A stretch of 64,000 nt of DNA from an uncultured Chitinophagaceae bacterium (GCA_964543705.1 CAZIZP010000006.1:16-64015), one strand, 5' to 3'. Counted from the stretch's first letter, positions 46,124 to 53,906 are shown. A program made the numbers and translations. Notes: generated by a model from the sequence alone, not told the origin.

Positions 46124-47350
46124 ATGTTTCATAACTATATTTTTCGGTTTTTATTTACAGTGGTATTATTTTTTTCTTCGGAAATAAAAGCGCAGTTTAC
46201 TATATACAATACCCAAAATTCCGGGTTGCCAAGCAATACCATTAACTGCATTACAGTGGCATACGACAGCAGCGTATGGGTAGGTACCGATTTCGGCTTA
46301 GTACATTTCAGCAATAACAACTTTTTGGTGTATCAAACTGCTAATTCTAATATTACCGATAATGACATACGGTGCATTGGCATTGCTAAAGACAGCACCA
46401 TTTGGATTGGCACTTTTTTAAACGGCTTCTCAAAGTTTAAGAATGGTGTTTTTGAAAACTACAATACACAAAACAGCAATCTGCCTTCAGATTTTATAAA
46501 GTGCATGGCTTTCGATACGCTGGGTACTGCATGGCTGGGCACTTCTAACGGTATCGTTCAGGTAGCCGATACAGGCCTGGTAATTTATAATATGAGTAAC
46601 ACCCCGCTATCTACCAACAACATTATTAGCATTTACATAGATAAAAGCAATGTGAAATGGATGGGCACATTAAACGGTGGCTTGGTAAAGTTTGATGATA
46701 ACGTCTGGACAATTTACAATATCAATAATTCTCAATTGCCCGATAATACTATTGTTGATATTAAAGAAGACCACAACCAGATATTATGGCTATCAACGCC
46801 TGCTGCTGCCATTGTGCAATTTAACCGCAGCTCGTGGAATTTTCTAAACCCACTTAACAGCCCTTTGCCCGATTACTCGATAAATGAAATTGCCTTCAAC
46901 AATAACAACACAACCTATATTGCAACTAAAGAAAGCGGGCTGGCCAAGTATGCAGGCAGTTTACAATGGAATTTTTATAACGCGAGCAACAGCAATATTG
47001 CCTCAAATAATCTTACAGCTGTGGCAGTTGATTTTCAAAACAAAATTTGGGCAGGTACCCAACAGCATGGCTTGTTATTACTTGATGAAACCATAACAAA
47101 CATTTCAAAAGATACAGAAACGTTCAGCATACAAATTTTTCCCAACCCTGCTGAAGATTTTATTATGCTGAATAGCGGCCATAATACTATTCAACGGGTA
47201 AGCATATTTAGTATTGAAGGAAAACTTTTTATGGACACCGCCCCGCATAACGATACTGTAGAAATTACAGCACTTCCAAAAGGCACTTACCTGCTTAAAG
47301 CTGTTTCAACCCACGGAAACACTTTTATTCAAAGGTTTATTAAACATTAA
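46124..47350 (+). CDS. Two-component-regulator-propeller (Reg_prop) repeat protein with T9SS type A sorting domain
   Basis: 408 aa with a signal peptide. Repeated YNTQNS.LPSN.I..I..D....W.GT..GL motifs. C-terminal IQIFPNPAEDFIMLN. Confidence 0.8.
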   Translation: MFHNYIFRFLFTVVLFFSSEIKAQFTIYNTQNSGLPSNTINCITVAYDSSVWVGTDFGLVHFSNNNFLVYQTANSNITDNDIRCIGIAKDSTIWIGTFLNGFSKFKNGVFENYNTQNSNLPSDFIKCMAFDTLGTAWLGTSNGIVQVADTGLVIYNMSNTPLSTNNIISIYIDKSNVKWMGTLNGGLVKFDDNVWTIYNINNSQLPDNTIVDIKEDHNQILWLSTPAAAIVQFNRSSWNFLNPLNSPLPDYSINEIAFNNNNTTYIATKESGLAKYAGSLQWNFYNASNSNIASNNLTAVAVDFQNKIWAGTQQHGLLLLDETITNISKDTETFSIQIFPNPAEDFIMLNSGHNTIQRVSIFSIEGKLFMDTAPHNDTVEITALPKGTYLLKAVSTHGNTFIQRFIKH

Positions 47351-47441
47351 TCTGAAGAGTTTATTTGCGATTTTCTCATTAGTACTTTAGCGAACGCTGT
47401 AATCAAGTGGAGATGATTTTGCAAGTTATAAAAATTGCTGC

Positions 47442-47507
47442 TTCATTAATCGTTCCAAGTGACCGCAGGCACGCACTATGCTACGTGCGAACACTTGGAA
47501 GAACAGG
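47442..47507 (+). repeat. 65-bp hairpin repeat element, copy H1
   Basis: TTCATTAATCG-TTCCAAGTG-(30 nt with inner GCACG/CGTGC stem)-CACTTGGAA-GAACAGG. The outer stem is 9 bp and perfect. It abuts array B. Confidence 0.75.
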
Positions 47508-47516
47508 GCTCGTTCC

Positions 47517-47845
47517 GCACTCGTGAAAGAGCATATCCAAAGTTGGAGTCGGGGCTCCAGACGTCTGGAATGGCATATCCAAAGTTGGAGTCGGGGGTTC
47601 AGACGTCTGGAAGAGCATATCCAAAGTTGGAGTCGGGGTTTCAGACGTCTGGAAGGGCATATCCAAAGTTGGAGTCGGGGTTTCAGACGTCTGGAAGAGC
47701 ATATCCAAAGTTGGAGTCGGGATTTCAGACGCCTGGAAGGGCATATCCAAAGTTGGAGTCGGGGTTTCAGACGTCTGGAAGGGCATATCCAAAGTTGGAG
47801 TCGGGGTTTCAGACGTCTGGAAGAGCATATCCAAAATTGGAGTAA
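47517..47845. repeat. 42-bp tandem array B (about 7.5 copies, no spacers); each unit holds two palindromes
   Basis: Unit starts at 47531, 47573, 47615, 47657, 47699, 47741, 47783 and 47825 give a period of exactly 42. The unit is GCATATCCAAAGTTGGAGTCGGGGTTTCAGACGTCTGGAAGR. It contains the perfect 12-bp palindrome CCAGACGTCTGG and TCCAA-AG-TTGGA. Confidence 0.95.
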
Positions 47846-47873
47846 CGATAGCATGGCTCTGTAAGTCTTACCT

Positions 47874-47901
47874 AAAATATACTTTTTCCATTTTTAACAA
47901 A
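47874..47901 (-). promoter_or_regulatory. Promoter-like TTTG-N16-TATATTTT in leader B, pointing (minus strand) into array B
   Basis: The motif, the spacing and the 19-nt distance to the conserved ATG (47852-47854) match locus A. Confidence 0.35.
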
Positions 47902-47968
47902 TCGCCACCATTTGCCACATTATAAACCCTATAACGGGAAGTATTTTAACAGGTAAAAGACTTGCTTT

Positions 47969-48033
47969 TTCATTAAGCCTTCCAAGTCGCCCCAGCTCAG
48001 CACAAGGCTATGCGGGAACCTTGGAAGAACAGG
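47969..48033 (+). repeat. 65-bp hairpin repeat element, copy H2
   Basis: TTCATTAAGC-CTTCCAAG-TCGCCCCAGC...CTATGCGGGAAC-CTTGGAAG-AACAGG. It shares its flanks with H1 and its core with the reverse complement of H3. Confidence 0.75.
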
Positions 48034-48056
48034 AACTTAATATTACTGTATTTAGC

Positions 48057-48090
48057 AAAAAAAACGAGCAATATTATTTGCTCGTTTTTC
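48057..48090 (-). terminator. Rho-independent (bidirectional-looking) terminator after the MORN/YwqK-like gene
   Basis: AAAAAAAA-CGAGCAA-TATTAT-TTGCTCG-TTTTTC: a 7-bp stem with A-run and T-run flanks, about 100 nt downstream of the stop at 48184. Confidence 0.7.
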
Positions 48091-48183
48091 TATTTTCTGT
48101 GAAAATGATTTCTTTATTTTATTGGGCTTTTAGAAAGTGTTTTTGCTAAAAAGTGATGTTTTGATACATTACCCATTACCATC

Positions 48184-49044
48184 TTATTCGTAAATAAATT
48201 GAAAACTATTAACATGCTCTTCTTTAACAAAATTATTATCATCTAGTAATTTAGCTTTTACTTCAAATATATGTTGCCCCTTTTTTATAAAGTCATTAGA
48301 ATACACACTGTAGTATTTGTTATTAGAAGATATTTCTTCCCATTTCGAATTAAATCCATTTATTCTAATAAAAACTTCTGATTTAAATTCAGGCGGTACT
48401 ACAGGATAAACATGAACCAAAAACTGTTCATCAACCTTATAAATAAAATCATCTTCTTTTCTTACATGAATTAAAGGAGACATAGCCCCATCTTCACTCA
48501 GAAACACTCCATGATCATATTGACGTACATAAACTAAACGCCCTGCAAGATCGAAAAATTCATAATTAATAATTTGCCCATCTAAATTAAATTCATATTG
48601 ATGAGATAATTGTTTGCCATTTTTCCAGTATTCAATTGACTTAATGGATTTATCCTTTACAGTATCGCTATCAAAATACCAAACCCAAACACTGTCTTTA
48701 AACCCATTTTTATTATTTCCAATATATTCAAGATTACCACTATTATAATATCCTTTCTGTGTACCTTCTTTCTTCCCGTTAATATATAATACCTCGACCA
48801 TTTTTTTCCCATTAGGATGATAAAATTTCAAAACTCCATCAACTATAGTATCATCTTTTACAATTCCATCAACTATGGTATTATTCTTCACCAACTTATA
48901 TGGCAACTCACTCTCAATGGTGCCGTCAGGATAGTATCTTATTGAAACATTATTATTTTTTATATCTTCGTCTTTCTTTGCATGTTCTCTCTGTTGACAT
49001 GAAATCCCTAATAAAAAAAGTAGCATTAGCAGACATCTATTCAT
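48184..49044 (-). CDS. MORN-repeat-variant (YwqK-family, antitoxin/immunity-like) lipoprotein
   Basis: 286 aa. Lipobox LLGISC. Repeats YPDGTIESELPY, FYHPNGKKMVEVLYINGKKEG, GYYNSGNLEYIGNNKNGFKDSVWVWY, IEYWKNGKQ. Sampled lines give about 25-28 percent G+C. Confidence 0.75.
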   Translation of the reverse strand: MNRCLLMLLFLLGISCQQREHAKKDEDIKNNNVSIRYYPDGTIESELPYKLVKNNTIVDGIVKDDTIVDGVLKFYHPNGKKMVEVLYINGKKEGTQKGYYNSGNLEYIGNNKNGFKDSVWVWYFDSDTVKDKSIKSIEYWKNGKQLSHQYEFNLDGQIINYEFFDLAGRLVYVRQYDHGVFLSEDGAMSPLIHVRKEDDFIYKVDEQFLVHVYPVVPPEFKSEVFIRINGFNSKWEEISSNNKYYSVYSNDFIKKGQHIFEVKAKLLDDNNFVKEEHVNSFQFIYE

Positions 49045-49196
49045 ATATTATACCTATTGTTTTATTCTTTCTGGATGGTTTCTTTCTTCAGTCGGAGTTC
49101 CATTATGAGGTACCGCAATTCCGCTGCTGTCTTTAAAAACACCTTCGCAACCATCTTTACATCTAAATATTGTACCTTCAGATTTATTAAATACAA

Positions 49197-49263
49197 CCTG
49201 TTCTTCCAAGTCTTCCCGCATAGCCATGAGCGTTTGCTGGGGCGACTTGGAAGCTTTTATGAA
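49197..49263 (-). repeat. 65-bp hairpin repeat element, copy H3 (inverted relative to H1/H2)
   Basis: The plus strand reads CCTGTT-CTTCCAAGTC-TTCCCGCATAGCC...GCTGGGGC-GACTTGGAAG-CTTTTATGAA. Its reverse complement matches H2 (CTTCCAAGTCGCCCCAGC...CTATGCGGGAA). The stem is 10 bp and perfect. Confidence 0.75.
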
Positions 49264-49500
49264 AAAAGAAGTCTCTGACTTCTTTACATTTAAAACTATA
49301 AATCCCCCTACTGTAGTAGCATCCGCTACTACCCAAAACCCTAAAGCATCCGCTTATATTTTTCATCTTGTTTCAAGATAAGTATTTTCTAAAATATTTA
49401 CTTCACCCATTTTTTTAAATCCACCATAATCAGTGCTATCCTTTAATCCATCTCATCTGCGATGCTGACATACTTTTTTGAATAAACTCAATTGAGAGAA

Positions 49501-49690
49501 ATGCTAAATCCTAAACAAATTCAAAATACAAAGCTCAAAATTCAAAAAGCTAATGGCTCTAGCAAAAAACTGATAACTGATTACTGAAAACTGATAACTT
49601 AAAACATAAAACTAAAGGCTAATAGCTAAGGGCTAACGGCTCTACCCAAAACTGAAAACTGATTACTGAAAACTGAAAACTTATTACATA
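49501..49690. repeat. Heptad-phased low-complexity element (CAAAnnn, CTGAWWA, CTAAnGG heptads), inverted homolog of 24889-25075
   Basis: CTGATAA CTGATTA CTGAAAA CTGATAA CTTAAAA CATAAAA CTAAAGG CTAATAG CTAAGGG CTAACGG ... CTGAAAA CTGATTA CTGAAAA CTGAAAA. The end GCTAAATCCTAAACAAATTCAAAA is the reverse complement of the locus A end. Confidence 0.8.
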
Positions 49691-49813
49691 ATACATTCCT
49701 GCCTATAAGCCATTTCATTGTAATTCAAAAAATATTTTTCGCTTCCGTGAAACTCATTTTTGTTTTCTGCGTACAAGGCAGAAACTATTGTGTAATTAAA
49801 ACTATTTTGAATC

Positions 49814-51595
49814 ATGGTAACAAAGAAGATTTCTATGTATGGAAGGCTCTCTAAAATGGTAATCACAGCATTATCATTCTCACTTTTCTTCCCTGTATTT
49901 GTAAACGCGCAAACTGCTACAACCAAAAAGGCAGACATCTGGTATTTTGGCGACAAGGCCGGTCTCGACTTTTCGGGCGGTAACCCTGTGCCTTTAACCA
50001 ACGGTGTTTTGCAGTCTTTTGAAGGCTCGGCCGTGGCAACTACAGAAGCGGGACAACTATTATTTTATTCTAACGGTGGCAGCACTCCATATCAGGGAGC
50101 AATCTGGAACCGTAATCACCAGATGATGCCTAATGGCAACTTAACCGGTGCAGGTGGCTGTAACAGTTCTATTCAGTCATCGTTAATATTGCCTTTACCT
50201 AACAGCAGCAGCAGACATTATTTGTTTACTACCGACTGTATGGAAAATGGCGCAAATGGCGGTTTACGCTATAACATTATCGATATGAATTTAGATGGCG
50301 GCTTAGGCGATGTGGCTGTTAAAGGCAGAAAACTAGCCGATGCGGTAGATGAATCATTAACTGCTGTTCAGCATGCCAATGGTAAAGACTGGTGGGTAAT
50401 AGCTCATAAAATGCATTCCGATTCATTTTTTGTACATCATTTAACTGAAAACGGAATTACCGGTGTAGTTAAAACCAGAATTGGCAATACTACTCCTGAT
50501 TATGCAGGTGCTTTAGTGGCTTCTTCTGATGGAAAAAAATTAGTGCATGCCGGGCAAAGCTTTACCTCATTGTTTAAATTCGACAATGCTACAGGAAAAA
50601 TTACCGACCATGTAGATTTAGGAACAGCCGGTTATACTGCCGCCTTTTCACCAAACTGCAACATGTTATATGTAGGCGATGGTGTAGGTAAAAATATTTA
50701 TCAGTTTACTTTAGCTGCTGAAGATATTGCTTCAACTAAGTTTCATGTAGGTACTATTGATGCAACCGGTGTTGGTGGCATGCAATTAGGCCCTGACGGT
50801 AAAATTTATATTGCACGTTTTCTTAGCAGCAATTCTCTTAGCGTAATTGCTGACCCTGACAGAAGAGGTTCTCGTTGCGCTTTTGTTGATAAAGGAATTA
50901 ACCTGGGCGGTAAAATTGCTAAAGGGGGCTTGCCTAACTTCCCTAACAATTATGTAGGAAAATGTGCAGCTTCTTTACCTACCAGCGGAACAGTAATTAC
51001 TTCTTCAGCTCCATTAAACATCAGAGTTCAAAGTATAGTAGGCAATGGTGCCACTATTGTTTGGAATCCGACTCCGGTAACATCTTTAGGCTACACCGTT
51101 TTATATCGTGAAAAAGGTGCTAAAGAGTGGACTGCTGAAAACACTTATGACAACAGCATTTTCATTAGCGATTTGAAAACCAATAGCGACTACGAAGTAG
51201 CAGTTATTGAAAAAGAAGAAGCTGATGCTGATTACATTACAGTTACCGACCACTTGGTAAATAACTTAATACCGGTAAGCAACACTACTGCTGAAAAGAA
51301 AAACTTTGCAACAGTAAGTTTAAGAAGCAAAGCCGATTTCACAGTGGCTCCAAACCCTGCAAGTACAGTTGTAACACTTGACTTGAAAAACATTAACAGC
51401 GAAGTAAAAACTTATGTACGCATTACTGATGTATCGGGTGCAGAAGTTTACAGCGAAGTATTAAATGCTGAAAATGTAAACCACAGCATTAATACCGGTA
51501 ACCTGAAAGATGGTATGTACTTTATCTCAATTCTTTCTGATACCAACGATGGTAAGAAAGTTTTAGAAACTAAAAAATTATTGGTGGCACACTAA
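49814..51595 (+). CDS. Secreted beta-propeller-like protein with FN3-like module and T9SS type A sorting domain
   Basis: 593 aa. The start is uncertain; Met8 or Met15 give a better signal peptide (...FFPVFVNAQ). N-terminal ADIWYFGDKAGLDF. C-terminal FTVAPNPASTVVTLDL tail. Confidence 0.8.
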   Translation: MVTKKISMYGRLSKMVITALSFSLFFPVFVNAQTATTKKADIWYFGDKAGLDFSGGNPVPLTNGVLQSFEGSAVATTEAGQLLFYSNGGSTPYQGAIWNRNHQMMPNGNLTGAGGCNSSIQSSLILPLPNSSSRHYLFTTDCMENGANGGLRYNIIDMNLDGGLGDVAVKGRKLADAVDESLTAVQHANGKDWWVIAHKMHSDSFFVHHLTENGITGVVKTRIGNTTPDYAGALVASSDGKKLVHAGQSFTSLFKFDNATGKITDHVDLGTAGYTAAFSPNCNMLYVGDGVGKNIYQFTLAAEDIASTKFHVGTIDATGVGGMQLGPDGKIYIARFLSSNSLSVIADPDRRGSRCAFVDKGINLGGKIAKGGLPNFPNNYVGKCAASLPTSGTVITSSAPLNIRVQSIVGNGATIVWNPTPVTSLGYTVLYREKGAKEWTAENTYDNSIFISDLKTNSDYEVAVIEKEEADADYITVTDHLVNNLIPVSNTTAEKKNFATVSLRSKADFTVAPNPASTVVTLDLKNINSEVKTYVRITDVSGAEVYSEVLNAENVNHSINTGNLKDGMYFISILSDTNDGKKVLETKKLLVAH

Positions 51596-51624
51596 TAAGC
51601 CTTCAGTAAATAAACACAATAGAA

Positions 51625-51658
51625 AAGCGGTTCTTTCAAGAGCCGCTTTTTTTGTTTT
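51625..51658 (+). terminator. Rho-independent terminator
   Basis: AAGCGGTTC-TTTCAA-GAGCCGCTT followed by TTTTTTGTTTTG, about 30 nt after the stop at 51595. Confidence 0.75.
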
Positions 51659-51711
51659 GTGTAATGAATTGTTTCAATAAAAAATCACTATTACGTATTC
51701 ATCAATAATAT

Positions 51712-52344
51712 TTATTGAAATTTTTTATTTAGTCTATCAATATAATCTATCATGACACTATTTGATTTATTATCAATTTCACTTTTGTAGCTTTCAAGCA
51801 AATCGGGAAATGGTGTCAATAATTCATTCATTCTAGCAGGTTTTAAAATCTCAGCATATTCAGTCTCAGTATCTAAACAATAAGCATATAAAACCATTTC
51901 ACCACCGCCACTGGCTAATATATATCCAATTAACCCAAATGCTATTGTAGCAATCATTTTTGCTTCATCAATATTCATAGAAACAAGGAATACCATATAT
52001 CTACCTATAGTAACAACTTTACAGAATTGAGAAGTAACTGTAATGTCCAATATTCTACTATTTAGATACAAATTATCGTTTTTGCTCGCTAAGAAAATAT
52101 TTTTTCTTAGGTAGCTATTTTTATAATTGTCGTTATTAGAAAATATTTTATAGACACCAACTATAGTATCTGCCATTATTGGGAATGTTTTTTCAATATC
52201 ATAATTACTTTCTTCCATTACAGGCTTATCATTCAAAAAATCTTTTATTGATAAGTATGCTCCTTTAGCCAAAAAATTACTTTGTGTATATGCAGAAAAG
52301 ACAGTGCTAAGCATTACTATCAAAATCACAAAAAATTTATTCAT
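51712..52344 (-). CDS. Hypothetical exported/membrane protein
   Basis: 210 aa. Signal peptide MNKFFVILIVMLSTVFSAYTQ and one internal hydrophobic helix (IATIAFGLIGYILASGGG). AT-rich. No motif recognised. Confidence 0.55.
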   Translation of the reverse strand: MNKFFVILIVMLSTVFSAYTQSNFLAKGAYLSIKDFLNDKPVMEESNYDIEKTFPIMADTIVGVYKIFSNNDNYKNSYLRKNIFLASKNDNLYLNSRILDITVTSQFCKVVTIGRYMVFLVSMNIDEAKMIATIAFGLIGYILASGGGEMVLYAYCLDTETEYAEILKPARMNELLTPFPDLLESYKSEIDNKSNSVMIDYIDRLNKKFQ

Positions 52345-52535
52345 ACATGTCGTATAGAGTAAAAAGAGTTTAGTACTACTTCTAATAAAACTAGAGCTAA
52401 GTTCTATATTTAATATTTAACATACAATGAATAGGTTACTCATATTATCTGACAATATCTTAACCATTGTAATAAACAATTGAATCGCAACAAAACTTTT
52501 ATTCAGCAAACTAAAGGCTGCCCCCAAAAAAAAAC

Positions 52536-53906
52536 TTATCGTATCACCGCAGCCAGTTTAGTATTTAATTCGGCCCAGCCGTTAATATACCAAAGGGTAT
52601 CGCTTTTTATGGGTGTATCGTTAGTGCGTTTTTGGTAGATAGCCAGAATATTATCGGGAATAGGAAAACGATAAGACAGGTCTTTATACATTTCTTTAAT
52701 TCTTTCGCTGCCTAAAAAAGTCCACCAGCCCAGCAGCAAAGTGCCCGATAATTCATAAGCACCAAAGCCTGTATTGGGTGCAGCTTTAGGGTAGTTCCAT
52801 CGGTAAAGGCCGTTCCAGCCATTCATGTAATTAAAAGTAAGGTAAGTATCGGCAACATCTGAAGGTTCCTGAAGGGCAAAAAGAAAAAATTGTTTTTCAA
52901 GCCCCTGTAAAAGTTTACCGTAAAATGCCTGCAAAGAAGTATCGTTTGCAGAAGCTTCTATAAAACTTTGCAGCCATAGTGCATTCCGGTGCGAGTGCGA
53001 AACATCTTCCGATATATCATCTACCGGTAGTGGCTGGGGATTTTCTTTGTGAAAAAAGCCTGCATATTTATAATCATCGTGCTGTGTCCAGTAGCCGGGT
53101 TGCAATAGCCAGCCACCGGCCTCATTCCATTCAACACGCCTGTTAAATACAATGTATGCAAAGTCTAAAATATCATTCAGGGTTTGGTTTTTGGGAAAGG
53201 TATCGGCTTCTGTATGTATTAAATAAGCTTTCAGGTTGGCGGCAATAGCAAGCGTATATTTTTCTGCATCGGTAATCGCGCGGTGATAAATTTTATCGGG
53301 CAGTTGAACATTATACAATTTCCATAATAAAAGGCTTCTCATGTTTTCAAAAGAAGTGGTTTGCAAATCAGGATGTTTCCAAACACTTGCCGGCTCATAG
53401 TTCCAGGTATTATCAATTTCGTCATAAATAATGCTGAACAGTTGCTGGCAGGTAGCTGTATCATACTGTTGTTTGGCAGCAAGCAACAAATACCAGCTGG
53501 CAAGGTAATAATATTGCAGGCGATAAAGCTTTACCGGCTCTGCTTCAAACCTGCCATCAGTTACAAAATTTTTAAAATGCCCGGCAAACTGCTGTTGCCA
53601 TGTTGCTTGCTGAAATTGAAATGCAGCCTGAAGCGGCAACATGTAAAAATGCCCTGCATTGTAAGCATTACCCGCAGCCCAAAGGGGCGTTTGCAGGCCG
53701 GGCGCAACCAGTTTATTCCACTGTTGTGTTATAACAGAATCGTTTATAGATAATGTAAGCGTGTCGGAAGCTGTTAATTTCTTCATGGCAATAAACTCAT
53801 TATAATTTAGCGAAGCAGTGTCTTTGGCAAAATTTTGCGCTTGTGCTACAGCGGTAAAAAGGCCTGCACAACAAAAAGCAAAAATGTAGGAAATATGTTT
53901 TCTCAT
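52536..53906 (-). CDS. Hypothetical secreted Trp/Tyr-rich protein next to the polysaccharide locus
   Basis: The track ORF starts at GTG 53939. ATG MRKHISYIFAFCCAGLFTAVAQAQ (signal peptide) is preferred. Any glycan-active role would be guesswork; no motif recognised. Confidence 0.6.
   Translation of the reverse strand: MRKHISYIFAFCCAGLFTAVAQAQNFAKDTASLNYNEFIAMKKLTASDTLTLSINDSVITQQWNKLVAPGLQTPLWAAGNAYNAGHFYMLPLQAAFQFQQATWQQQFAGHFKNFVTDGRFEAEPVKLYRLQYYYLASWYLLLAAKQQYDTATCQQLFSIIYDEIDNTWNYEPASVWKHPDLQTTSFENMRSLLLWKLYNVQLPDKIYHRAITDAEKYTLAIAANLKAYLIHTEADTFPKNQTLNDILDFAYIVFNRRVEWNEAGGWLLQPGYWTQHDDYKYAGFFHKENPQPLPVDDISEDVSHSHRNALWLQSFIEASANDTSLQAFYGKLLQGLEKQFFLFALQEPSDVADTYLTFNYMNGWNGLYRWNYPKAAPNTGFGAYELSGTLLLGWWTFLGSERIKEMYKDLSYRFPIPDNILAIYQKRTNDTPIKSDTLWYINGWAELNTKLAAVIR

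Noticed and set aside
47517-47845. Possible CRISPR array.
   Set aside because: The repeats are directly adjacent with no unique spacers, no cas genes are present, and the unit is longer than a typical CRISPR repeat. It is a simple tandem array.
47426-47864. Four overlapping ORFs of 117-142 aa on both strands across array B (AYPKLESGFQTSGR, HIQSWSRGFRRLEE, LQLWICPSRRLKPR and PTLDMPFQTSETPT repeats).
   Set aside because: The period of 42 is a multiple of 3, and the unit lacks stops in 5 of 6 frames, so long ORFs arise automatically. Differences between units are mostly non-synonymous in every frame. Only the minus-strand frame that starts at the conserved leader ATG is kept, and only as a low-probability hypothesis in the findings.
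49054-49227. 57-aa minus-strand ORF (MAMREDLEEQVVFNKSEGTIFRCKDGCEGVFKDSSGIAVPHNGTPTEERNHPERIKQ) ending 9 nt before the MORN gene start (TAG at 49054-49056, ATG at 49042-49044).
   Set aside because: Its start lies inside hairpin element H3. The equivalent ATGs in H1 and H2 open different frames and unrelated short peptides, so the start looks fortuitous. It is below the ORF-track cutoff and there is no supporting motif. It is left as unproven.
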